Part shown: one piece after another, positions 53,101-64,000 of the stretch
How the letters are laid out: every line of letters begins with the position of its first letter
Numbering within the stretch: the first letter of the stretch is position 1
Assembly (NCBI GenBank): GCA_964016885.1
Contig: OZ024743.1
Location: 250,790,001-250,854,000, forward strand
Length of the DNA stretch: 64,000 nucleotides
Direction: 5' to 3'
Origin: Eledone cirrhosa
Lineage: Eukaryota
Program-made: the position numbers and the translations under genes
The notes under the pieces: model-generated
What the model was told of the DNA's origin: nothing
The model's input: the letters and a program-made list of their open reading frames with translations, nothing else
Databases searched by the model: none

Positions 53101-55076
53101 AATTCAAAAGGAGGCCCTGGCCATCATATTTGGCTTGCAGAAGTTCTATCAGTATCTGTAGGGACATCAGTTTATACTCGTAACTGACCACAAGCCACTG
53201 ACATCACTGTTCAGTCCGAGGAAAGGGACGCTAACCGACTAGCACGGTGGGCCCTGTGGCTGAACCAGTTTGACTACACCATCGAATATAGGAAAACAGT
53301 GGATCATGGCAATGCAGATGCCCTCAGTCGCTTGCCATTTGGTAATGATATCGACTTTGACAGGAAGGAAAATGGTGAAGACATGGACATGGTGTGCGTC
53401 ATCAAAGCTCTCAGTCTTCAAGTCCAACCTATCGATTCTAACGTCCTCCGTCAAGAGTCAGGGAAAGATCCAGTGATATCTACAGTGATACGCTACGTCC
53501 GTGAAGGCTGGCCACCAAAGAATACTGAGATCAATGACGAAGTCAATAAGTTCCGGAAGTTATCGGATTTACTCAGTATCTGCCACGGATGCCTTATCCA
53601 TGGATCGAGAGTTGTGATTCCACATAGCTTACAGCCAAAGATCCTCAATCTTCTGCATCTCGGACACTTTGGCATGGAGCGCATGAAACAATTGGCAAGA
53701 ACTGCTGTTTATTGGCCTGGTATCGATGCTGCTATAGAGAAAACCAGTCGACAATGTGATTCGTGTGGTGAACATCAAAACCAGCCATGCAAGTCTCCAG
53801 TTCACCCATGGATGTTACCTGAAAAGCCGTGGAGCCGCTTACAACTGGACCACGCAATAAATTTCATGGGCAGTAATTGGTTGGTGATCACGGATGCTTA
53901 TTCCAAGTATCCATGCATTCATCCTACGTCATCCACGTCCTCCAGAGCCACTTTAGATCTGCTTGAAGAAGACTTTGCGCACTTCGGATTTCCTCACACG
54001 CTAGTCACCGATAACGCACCAACTTTTATTTCTGAGGAGTTCCAGAGCTGGTGCAAAGAACGTGGTATCACGCACCTGACAGGAGCACCTTACCACCCAG
54101 CTACTAACGGAGCAGCGGAACGTTTGATGCAGACCTTCAAACAAGCTCTGAGGAAGACATCTCTTCCGCCGAAGCGAGCACTTCAAGAGTTCTTGATGCA
54201 GTACCGGAGAACACCAACATCCAGTGGATTCTCTCCGAGTGAACTTTTGAATCACCGGCAGATACGGACAAGGATTGATTCTCTGCTGCCTTCGCCAGCA
54301 CACATCGCTCAAGGCAAGCAGTCTAAGGAAGCATATAAGTCTCAGATGACTCCGGACTTGGCAGGTGTCGCAGTTACCAGGCAGTACAAGGCTGGAGATC
54401 CTGTGTATGCACTGTACTACGGACCTTGCCGAGACAAAGATCCCCGATGGGTACCAGCAATCATTAAGAAGTCATTGGGTACTCGCTGCTTCAATGTTAA
54501 GGTCATACCTCATGGCCAGGTGTGGAGACGACACTGGGAACAGCTGCAACCGCGGTACACTACTGAGGAAGACAATGAACCTGTTGATGCAGTAGACACA
54601 TTTTTTGAATTTGCAACAGATCACCCGATGGAGATCTCGGAAATCGTGCCACTAACTCCAAGACAGACCAGACCCAAGACCTTGTTGCCCGTTCCAGAGT
54701 ATGGACCAGACAATCAAAGACGGTCCAAGAGAACTCGTAAACCCCCAGAGAGACTTTGCTGTTGATGCTTCTTTTGTCGCATCATTTTCGGTGGGGAGGT
54801 GTAGTATGGACTGGGAATCGAACTCACAACCTCATTGTTGTATGGACTGTTAAATTTCTATTCAATTTACACGTGCTCACACATTTGCATATGAATCACG
54901 TGACCTGGGCAGTCAGTCAGCGTTGGTATTAAAAACTCGGTCACAGACTGCTACTTACTTTACTTTATGTTATTCTGCTACTGCAAGGAGGGGCGTTTTG
55001 GTTGTTTCGCAAATTACACAAATTGTTTGATATAACTCGTTGTGTTTTCTCTGCGAGTACCGAGAGGAATACAACA
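50182..55076 (+). mobile_element. Full-length Gypsy/Ty3 LTR retrotransposon (Mag-like)
   Basis: 277-bp LTRs at 50182-50458 and 54800-55076 (4 differences seen); TSD AAAAG (50177-50181, 55077-55081); PBS-like TGGCGTCGACG at 50468; PPT GGTGGGGAGG at 54790-54799. Confidence 0.95.
50544..54765 (+). pseudogene. gag-pol (Zn knuckles, protease, RT, RNase H, integrase) with 2 frameshifts and 1 stop
   Basis: CYRCGKAHKATDC, LDTA, IDLADAYNQI..LPFGI..FQDD, LACDAS, H-H-CC, LVITDAYSKY..VTDNAP..YHPATNGAAER. Confidence 0.92.
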
Positions 55077-55250
55077 AAAAGTAAATCAGAAAGAGAAGTC
55101 TATAAAGAAGGTAAGTTAAGGAAAGTGAAGAACAAGATCTTATGGAGGATAAGTATCTGAAAGTGTGCTAAGTTTATATGAGCTGGAAATCATATATATA
55201 TATATATAAAAATGAGGTAATTATAAATTATATTGTATTGTTTATTATAC

Positions 55251-55291
<41 letters not shown>

Positions 55292-55880
55292 TTTTGCTCA
55301 CAGCTTCGTATTTACAAGCACACACACATACACACACACACTTTTAATTACATATACACACATTTCCTCATAGCTTAGTGTGGACGTACAATAACAGATA
55401 CACACACACACATGTACGCCCTCGCACAGTGATATATACAAAACGTATTTTTTTTTTCTTTTCAGACATACGCGCGCCATCACCACCTTTGCGAAAAACA
55501 TATAGTATATACAAAACGGCAATATCAACAGTTTTCCAAGAGATGGCAACATGAATGGACCTATTATATTTCTCTAAAAAAGTTTCTGGGCTGCCCCCTC
55601 AATCTTTCTATTTCTCCTTCTATCTTCTGATTAAGGAATAGCGTCTAAAACGTTAAGACTCCTTTCCTAATATACTAAACATAAAACTAATAATATATTC
55701 CTTCATTGTACTGTGTTGTTTGTTTAGTTAGTATTTTTCCTTTTGCACACAAGCGCGCGCACACACACACACACACACATATATATATACACACTTAGAA
55801 ACCCTTCCTATTATCAGGATACCGTAATGCTGTATTCGATTCTTTGAAGTCACTGGTTATAATTTCATTCAACAACGGCA

Positions 55881-55916
<36 letters not shown>

Positions 55917-56319
55917 CTTTCTCTTTGTATATATATATATATATAGGAAGGTACTCGGGAAAATCCCGTATCTCGGGAAACCGTGCTCCGATTATCACGA
56001 AACTTATTTTATTCCATTTGTATACCAATTTCAGAGTCAACTTCATTTCGAAGTATTTTCCCATAATACGCTGTTTTGGCTGTATTTAATTTCAGCACAC
56101 GATCAGAGAGTTTTAATAGTATTTAGATAGATAGATAGATATATTCAAAATAAACAAACACGACCAACAACACCACACTACCATCACTACCCTCTACACC
56201 TTCACTACAATACTAGCAACAAAAAAAGAACTCCTCCACACCCCAGGGGTTCAGAAGGTGGGGGAGGGATTGAGAACTTCGTCGTTCTTTACAGAAGGTA
56301 AAAACATTTGTTGTTTCAA

Positions 56320-56700
56320 AGTAAAAAAAATATTGTAGTGCGATATAGAGGGGGAAAGAGAATTTGTTGGTTTAGTGAGAGAGAGGGTATTGTGAAAGAG
56401 AGTGAGGTATGTAGTGAACTATAGAGAGGAGGTAGAGAATTTGGTGATCTAGGAAGAGAGGGGGATTTGTGAGAGAGTTTGAGGAATGTAGTGGGTTATA
56501 GAGAGAAGAAAGTTTATTTGCCTATTGAGAGAGGGGTGTTAAAGAGAGTGAGGTATGTAGTGAGATATGGAGAGGGTGAGTGAATTTGGTGGTCTAGTGA
56601 GAGAGGGGAAATTGTGAGAGAGAGAGAGTGAGATATGTGCTAGGACAGAGAGAGGGAGAGAGTTTGTTGGTTTAATGAGAGAGATGAAATTAAGAGAGTC
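56320..56700. repeat. Purine-rich satellite of about 70 bp (left part)
   Basis: GAGAATTTGGTGG TCTAGTGAGAGAGGGG..GTGAGGTATGTAGTG..TATAGAGAG units, same as 62400-64000. Confidence 0.85.
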
Positions 56701-59700
56701 ATTTCTATTTATTTGCCACTAGGGCATCAAAGATTGGGACAAATACAAAGGGGGAAGTTTACATACATTTAAAAAGACGTAAAAAAACATATAACAAATT
56801 AAATTTAACAATCGATGTCCTCAATAGGGAGGGGCGTTGACATGGGTCACACACACCCCTAAAAAAAAGTGCAACCCTCCTCTTCAGGAGCACAAAGAGC
56901 GGGTGCTCCCTTCCTCTTCTCATTCTTCTCCTCTCTCACCTACAGGCTGATATAGAGAGAAGGCCCATTCACTCGGGCCATTCTCGCTACTTTCACCCAC
57001 CTTTCATAAAACTTGCTGGGGTAGAGCACCTCTCTCTCCATTCTGATCCTTCTTCTAAAGTGGTACTTGAAAAAAAGGACCAGTTGTTGGCCTGAGAGAA
57101 AGGTGTCTGACCTCAGCCCTTTCAACCTTGTCCACCATAAAGCCTCTTTCGCCATAGCTATCGCACAGAGGAAAACCGCCTCTCCTTCGTTTTTGAAAGG
57201 GGGAGGCGGTTTGATCGTGACAATATTCTCGGTGGTCAACCGGATTGGTCCCACCCACGACAGTAGTCGTTCCACAGGTCAGCAACGCCCGAGTAGTATA
57301 CGAATGCGTGTGCGACGGTTTCCTCGTCACGCACGCATCTCGGACAGATCTTCTTCGAGGGGTCCCTATCCGGGCGCCCGTGTCTGTAGAGTTTGTCCCG
57401 AACGGGTAGAGCTCCTCGGTAACATTGCCAAGCCAGGGACTTTTGGAAGTTGTCCATCGGTCCCGGGCCAAACGTCCTACCGAACAGACTGGCTAGCTCA
57501 TCTTCCTCCATGCCCAGATTCTCTTCGAGAGCGTCGTCGCACTTACTGCGCACCAACCCTCTATAGAATGTTGAGGTTGAGTCTCCACTGATTGCCGGAT
57601 CCGCTGGCCAGAGGGCCGTGAGCGCCTGGGCACATTCAATGTGCCAGTCGCCCACTTTTCTCGGTCTTTGCTTGACCCAGGAATGCAGCTCGGTGAGTGA
57701 GACGAGTCTCCGGAAGGCTTGCCTCACAAACAGGGCCCACACCGGCTGACCGGTGAGGAATACCTGGAGGTGCCGTAGCCTTAATGCGTGTCTACGCATC
57801 ATCAGCCACGGCATCCCCAGCCCTCCGTTCGAAGGGTGTTGACAGCAGATAGATCTTCTCACCAAAAGAGCCCGCTTCTTCCAAAGAAATCGGAAGAGCG
57901 CGCGCTCCATTTTGGCGAGTGTTTTTTCTGGGCAAAAAACGACGGTCAAGCGGTAGTAGATGACGGACGCTATATAAGCGTTCGCCACCTCCGCTCGACC
58001 TTTCAGGGATAGTTTGCACTCGGCCCACTTCTGGGCGAGTGCAAACACCTTGCCCGTTACCTCGTCCCAGTTTTTCTCCACCCGGAAGTCCGGTCTCAAC
58101 CAGACCCCGAGCAGCCTCACCGGTCCCTCCGTCCAGCGTCCGACGATGCCGTCGGAGGGCATCAGTTTGCCCCTCCACGTCCCAGGTTGCAAACCGACGG
58201 ACTTGTCCCGGTTCAGCTTGGCTCCTGTGAACCTTTCATATTCCTCCAGTAAGGTGCCGATCTGCCCGATTTCCGAGGCGCACGACACCATTACTGTCAC
58301 GTCATCGGCGTAGGCCGACACCCTTTTCCGCAATCCCGGTTCCAAGGGGATGCACTGCAACAGCTCCAGCTTCCGCAGTAGTGGCTCGAGAGCCAGCACA
58401 TACAGAAGGGAGGAGAGAGGGCATCCCTGTCGGATGGATCGCGTGATTTGGAACGGCTCCGAGAGGTAGCCGTTCACCTTGACCCTCGAGCAGGTGTTGC
58501 TGCTGTGCATTGCAGCAATCCAGCCCCTGAAAACGGGTCCTAAGCCTGCCGCCGTGAGCACCGCATCCAGGTACTGATGTTCGACCCTATTGAACGCCTT
58601 AGATTGATCCAAGTTGATCAGGGCCCCACCAAAGCCGGGTTCGTTCCCTACCCTCTCTACGATGTATCGCATGAGGTGGAGGTTGTCGTGTATGGACCTG
58701 GACGCGATTGCGCATGTGTGCGCTTCTCCCACCAGGTTTCCGACGACAAGCGCCAACCTCTTCGCTAACACCTTGGCCAAAATCTTTAACTCTGTGTTTA
58801 GCAGAGTTATGGGCCTGAAGTTATCTATGTCATCCCCCTTGTTCTCGTCCTTCCTCACCAGCGTGACTACGTCCTTGGTCACAGAACTGGGAATTCTCCC
58901 GTTCTGTTGCCAGTTGCAGTAGACCGCCTCCAGGAGACCGGAGAACAAGCCCGGCATCGCTACATAAAGTTCGTATGGTAGACCCTCGAGACCTGGAGAT
59001 TTGCGTTTGCCGCATTGGCTCAGCGCTTCCCCTATTTCAGCGACTGAAATTGGCCTCTCGTAGGACTTCGTCTCCCCGTCCGAGAGCCGCGCCAGACCAT
59101 CGAGGTATGGACCGAAATCCATGGCCCCACCCGGCCCGCCGCCCCTCCCGAACAGTCGTGCAAAGCGCCGTTGAAAGGCCGCGCTCATCCGCTCAGGTTC
59201 AAGGATCACGCGTCCATCCTGGTCCTTCAAAGACCGAATCGTGGACTTGTTTCCACTTTTTGCCTCTGTCACTCGGGCCCAGCTAACAGCTTTGGCTCCC
59301 TCGTTACCCAGAGCACGCATTTTACTCCTGACAACGCAGCCCTCGTGCTTCGCATCAAAGAACTGGTCTAGGGCCGTTCTTGACGCCAGCACGCCGGTCA
59401 CATTGCCACTCCTAATCGCCTCTTCTACTCTATCTATTAATTCCCTTTCAGTTCTATTCCTATCTGATGCTAATTCCTGACTAAAACCTATCGATTCTAT
59501 TCTAATTTCTCACTTGAGAGAGCCCCACCACCTGCTGTTGACAATTGCCCCCGTCAACCGCTGCTTAACTAGTGTTCTAATCCGCTTACTGTAAGCTTTG
59601 TTTGTCGGTAAAGACAAATTTAGCTTCCAGTAACCGGGTCCCTGTCTATGAGTTCTATCAAGGTTGACCACTCCGGTCACCAACTTGTGATCCGAATAGT

Positions 59701-62400
59701 CAACAATGAACATTCGTGGACAGCTTAATATGTCCCTATCCTTATTTTTAACTAGGAACTTATCTAGGTACGACCTAGATGTTCCGGTACGATAAGTCCA
59801 CGTCCACAGTGGCACAGTCGGAAAATCTAGTCGATATCTATCGGCCAGATCAAATCGGCCAATTAATCGTTTGAGGCTGTTACACGCCTCTCTATCGGGA
59901 CATGCCCCTACATAGTCCCAACGTGCATCCAGGATACCATTCCAGTCCCCCACTAAAAGCAAGGAGCGAAACGTTCCCAGGAAATTCTCCAGGCGTCGGA
60001 AGAAGTCCGGTCGCGGTGTCCCAGATGGGGCATACGCTGCCACCAGCCTGAAAGCTCCACCTTCACTACTGCCGACGTCTAAAACCACCAGTCGACCCTC
60101 CGGGTCCAGGTGTACCTTCTGTGTGGCAAGACCCAGGTATTTTCGCAGCAGAACGACAACCCCCCCCCTCCCCCTCCACCCCTCGGCTGACAGAGAGATG
60201 CGTAGATCTCAAAGTCGTCGAAGATGGAGGCCAGTTGGCGCTCGCTGCTGATCCTGGACTCGCAAATAACCATTACATCCACTCTGTGCGACCTGAGGTC
60301 ATTTAAGAGTTTGCCCTGTTTCCAGGACATCCCCAGGCCGCGTGCATTCCCACATTCAACTCTTATATTGGCCATGTTGGTGCTGAAGAGGTAAAAAGGA
60401 AGAGGAAAGGAAATTACTTACCTCTTCGTCTCCTGGGGACCAGGCTGCACAATTTCCATGGGGGTGTTGGAAGGGTTGTTTGGTCGGGTGGTGGTTTGTG
60501 GTGGGGTGAGGACATCAGTGTGTGGTGGGATTAGGGTGTTTGGTGGGGTGTGGATGTCTGGTGTGGGGTGGGGAAACATCTCAATAGGACGCTGTTAAGT
60601 GGTTTGGTGCAGGTGGTCCCCACATGCATTGGATGGTTCTTTTTCAGAGTTACATAGGTTTCCGTTGGGAGGCTAATCATCATTAGGTGCGGTTTGTTCG
60701 CTGCGTAGGTGAAAGTGATCCCTTCGGTTTCCACCGAAGGGTTATTGTCTATTGCTTTCATCAAAGTTTTATTGTTCTTGTTAATGTATGTATAGAGTTT
60801 TTATTGTGTTGTGTTTGTTTTTGTTTGTTGTTCTTGTGCGTGTTTGCGTTTTGTAGTATGTGTTATGTTTTCGGGAGGGGTGGGTTTTTTGTTTGTGATG
60901 TTTGTTCTGTTTGTGCTGGTGGTTGTGTGTTTGTTGCATTTTTGTTAATGTGGTGCCTTTTTTTTCCTTTTCCCCTGTTGAAAGGGTTCTCCCTCGTCGT
61001 CACTGGGTGACGTTGATACAGAGTCCTCTTCCGTGTTGTTAGGGAGGGGTATATTTTGGGGAGGGGTATATTTTGTGGTTGCTTTTGTATTTGTTTTAGG
61101 TGGGGAGGGGTTGGGTGGAACAGTGTCTTGTGTTGTTATTTTTCCGTGTTGTTGTTGTTGTGGTGGTGGTGGTTGTGTTGTTGTGTTCGGGGTTGGCAGA
61201 AGAGCCTTTTTTTTTACTCGTTAATTGAGGACAGGCAGCCCTCAGGTGACCCCTGATTAAGCAGTGGTAACATGACGGCCGCCTTCCCTCCACTGAAATG
61301 TTTATATAAGTTAGCCCGTCCAGAGGCACGTGTTGTGGGATATTCGCTATTCGTTCTGGGCTCATTTGCACCAGAACTTCTACGCTGGTCCCACCAAATA
61401 CACCTCCGGAGGACTTTCCTACTGAAATTATCCTGTCTTCATCAAAGTAAATGAATCCACATAGTATATCCACCAAATATTTACATTTGGTGTGATACTC
61501 ATAATTTTTATTTTTTGTGTCCTTTTTCCCCTATATGTGGGGAAAAAGGTGAAGCGGGGGGACACAATGGGTGCTACCGAGTATTTTTGTGCTGTTGGCT
61601 GGTTATTCATTAGCACTGAAATGCTACCAAACAGTTTTCCTTTTTGGATGAAGGTTATGTCCTTCATTGAATCTTTTAGAACCAGCTCAATTTCATTTTG
61701 TGATAATTGAGCTGGTTTTCTTGTTTCGTTCGATATTGTCCTGAAAACCACAGTTTTCAAGACAGCCTCTCTACGTAATACCTGTGGAGAATTGATGCTA
61801 AAAGCACCGTTTTCGCCAAAAGTCACGAATTGTTTTGCGTCTTGTAGTAGTTGTTTAGCATTTGTTATGTCAATTGGCGTGTATAGTTCGTTTTTTTACA
61901 GTCTGTGCGAACGTTGTTTTGGTGTTGTCTTTTTTGTTGCTGTTGTTGTTGTCACTGTTGGTGATATTGTTCATGCTTTCCTTGGTGTTGTTATTGTTGC
62001 AGTTGTTGGTTGTGGTGTTATTGTCATTGTTCTTGTTGTTGGTGCTGGTATTATTTTCCGGGTTTGGTTCCGTGGTTTCAATATTTTCAACGTTTTTCGA
62101 TAATGCGAGTGGGGAAGGCTGCAAGCTTTGTACTCCTACCTTCCCTCCACCGCTTTTTTTAGTGAACGTGGTACTCACGACAGTGAGCGAGGTTGAAATG
62201 GCATCCATTATTGACTACCAAGTCTACACAGTTTTGAGATGAAAATGAAAAATTCGCTCCAGAAAGGGGCGAAAATTAGTTGACTCAACGCCTGAAGGCC
62301 CAGGCACGGGGTTAACTAAACAATGCTAACAAATTGAACAATGAACTCACATTTTTTTTTAACAATAATCCGTAAAAATCCGGAGCGAAGTAATACACGA
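56700..62400 (-). mobile_element. Full-length decayed Tx1/L1-group LINE
   Basis: ORF1 remnants 62208-60420 with a CCHC knuckle (CYHCLIRGHLRAAC). ORF2 remnants 60375-56940: NARGL..ESR, VGDWN, YSDH, GPGYWKLN, KSPGLEGLPYE, NFRPITLLN, RQGCPLS, AYADD, CPRC..EETVAHA. Confidence 0.92.
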
Positions 62401-64000
62401 GTTTGTTGGTTTAGTGAGAGAGGGGGAATTGTGAGAAAGAGTGAGGCATGTAGTGAGATATAGAGAGGGGGAGACAAGTTGGTGGTATAGTGAGAGAGAA
62501 AGTATTGTGCGAGTGAGAAATAATGAGGTATGCAATGAAATATAGAGAGTGGGAGAGAATTCGGTGGTCTTGTGAGAGAGGGTGAATTGTGAGATAGTGG
62601 GAGGTATGTAGTGGGTTATAGAGAGTGGTGAGAGTTTATTGGCCTAGTGAGAGAGGAAGAGTTAAGAGAGTGAGGCATGTAGTGGAATATATAGAGGGGG
62701 AGAGAATTTGGTGGTTTAGTAAGAGAGGGGGAATTGGGAGTAAGCGAGTTGCATGTAATGAGATATAGAGAGGAGGAGAGAATTTGTTGGATATGTGAGA
62801 GAGGGGGAATTAAGAGAGTGAAAGAGACTGAGTTATGTAGGGGAATAAAGAGAGAGAGACAGAAATCTGTAGTCTAGTGAGAGGGAGTGAGGTATGTCGT
62901 GGGATGTAGAGACCGGGAGAAAATGTGTTGGTTTAGTGAGAGAAGGGGATTGTGAGTAAGAGTGGGGTATGTAATGGGTTATAGAGAGGGTGAAAGAGTT
63001 TATTGGCCTGGTGAGAGAGGGGGTATTTTGAGAGTGAAAGAGAGTGAGATATGTAGAGGAATATAAAGAGGGAGGGAGAGTTTGTTGGTCTAGTGAGAGA
63101 GGGGTTTTGTGAGCGAGAGGGAGGTATGTATTGGGACATAGAGAGCGGGAGAGTCTTTGTTGTTTTAGAGAAAGAGGGGGAATTAAGATAGTGAAATATA
63201 AGAATATGAAATGGAATATAGAGGGGGAGAGAGAATTTGGTGGTCTAGAGAGAGAGGGGGGTATTGTGAGAGAAAGTGAGGTATGTAGTTGGATATAGAG
63301 ATGGGGAGATAGATTGTTGGTGAAGTGAGAGAGAGTGATGTATCTAATGGTATAGAGTGAGGGGAGATAGAGTTTGCTGCTTTATTGAGGGAGGGGAATT
63401 GTGAGAGAGATTGGGGTATGTTGTAGGATAGAAAGAGGGGGAGTGAGTTTGTTGGTTTAAGGAGAGAGGGGGAAAATTAAGGGAGTGAGAGAGACTGAGG
63501 TATGTAGTTTTATATAGAGAGAGGGAGATTGATTAGTGGTCTAGTGAATGAGGGGGTATCGTGAGAGAATGAGTTATGTAGTGTTATAGAATGAAGGGGA
63601 GAGAATTTAGTGGTCTAGTGAGAGAGAGAGGCAAATGTGAGACAGAGTGAGGTATGTAGCGGGATATAGAGAGGGGGGAGAATTTAATGGCCTAGTGAGA
63701 GAGGGGGAATTGTGAGGGCTATATAGTGGGATATAGAGAGCGGGAAAGAATGTGTTGGTTTGGAGAGAGAGGGGGAATTAAGTGCATGGAAGAGAGTGAG
63801 TTATTTAGTAGAATATAGAAAGGGGTGAGAATTTAGCGTTCTAGTGAGAGGGGGAGAATTGTGAGAGAGAGTGAGGTATGTAATGGGATATAGAGTGTGG
63901 GAGAGAATTTGTTTGTTTATTTAGGGAAGGGGAATTAGGAGAGTAAAATAAAGAGTGGGGGATGTAGTGGCATATAGAGAGGAGCAGAGAGTTTGGTGGT
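62400..64000. repeat. Purine-rich degenerate tandem satellite of about 70 bp
   Basis: Over 20 diverged units, G/A-rich and very C-poor on the + strand, running off the window end. Confidence 0.92.

Overview
Repeat-dense, AT-rich animal (eukaryotic) genomic DNA. The repeat landscape suggests a cephalopod such as Octopus, but this is inference. No host protein-coding gene can be supported. Large elements: two near-complete and several fragmentary RTE-clade LINEs with a PHD-type finger inside the RT region, a 5'-truncated CR1-group LINE, a full-length decayed Tx1/L1 LINE inside a purine-rich satellite, a complete Gypsy (Mag-like) LTR element (277-bp LTRs, AAAAG TSD), a mariner relic, an R4/Dong-like relic, a Naiad-like Penelope element with an inverted pseudo-LTR, and tRNA-derived SINEs sharing 3' tails with local LINEs. 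Most striking: about 16 type I hammerhead ribozyme (HHR) motifs, intact or decayed, from about 10 different sequence families. Most sit in short non-coding elements embedded in (TA)n tracts. They include a young 591-bp tandem array (3915-5568) whose every unit carries an HHR with the compensatory U3-A8 core, and a 486-bp monomer-plus-overlap element with a related HHR. These look like retrozyme-like, potentially circular-RNA-producing elements. All RNA folds were read by eye and none were computed.
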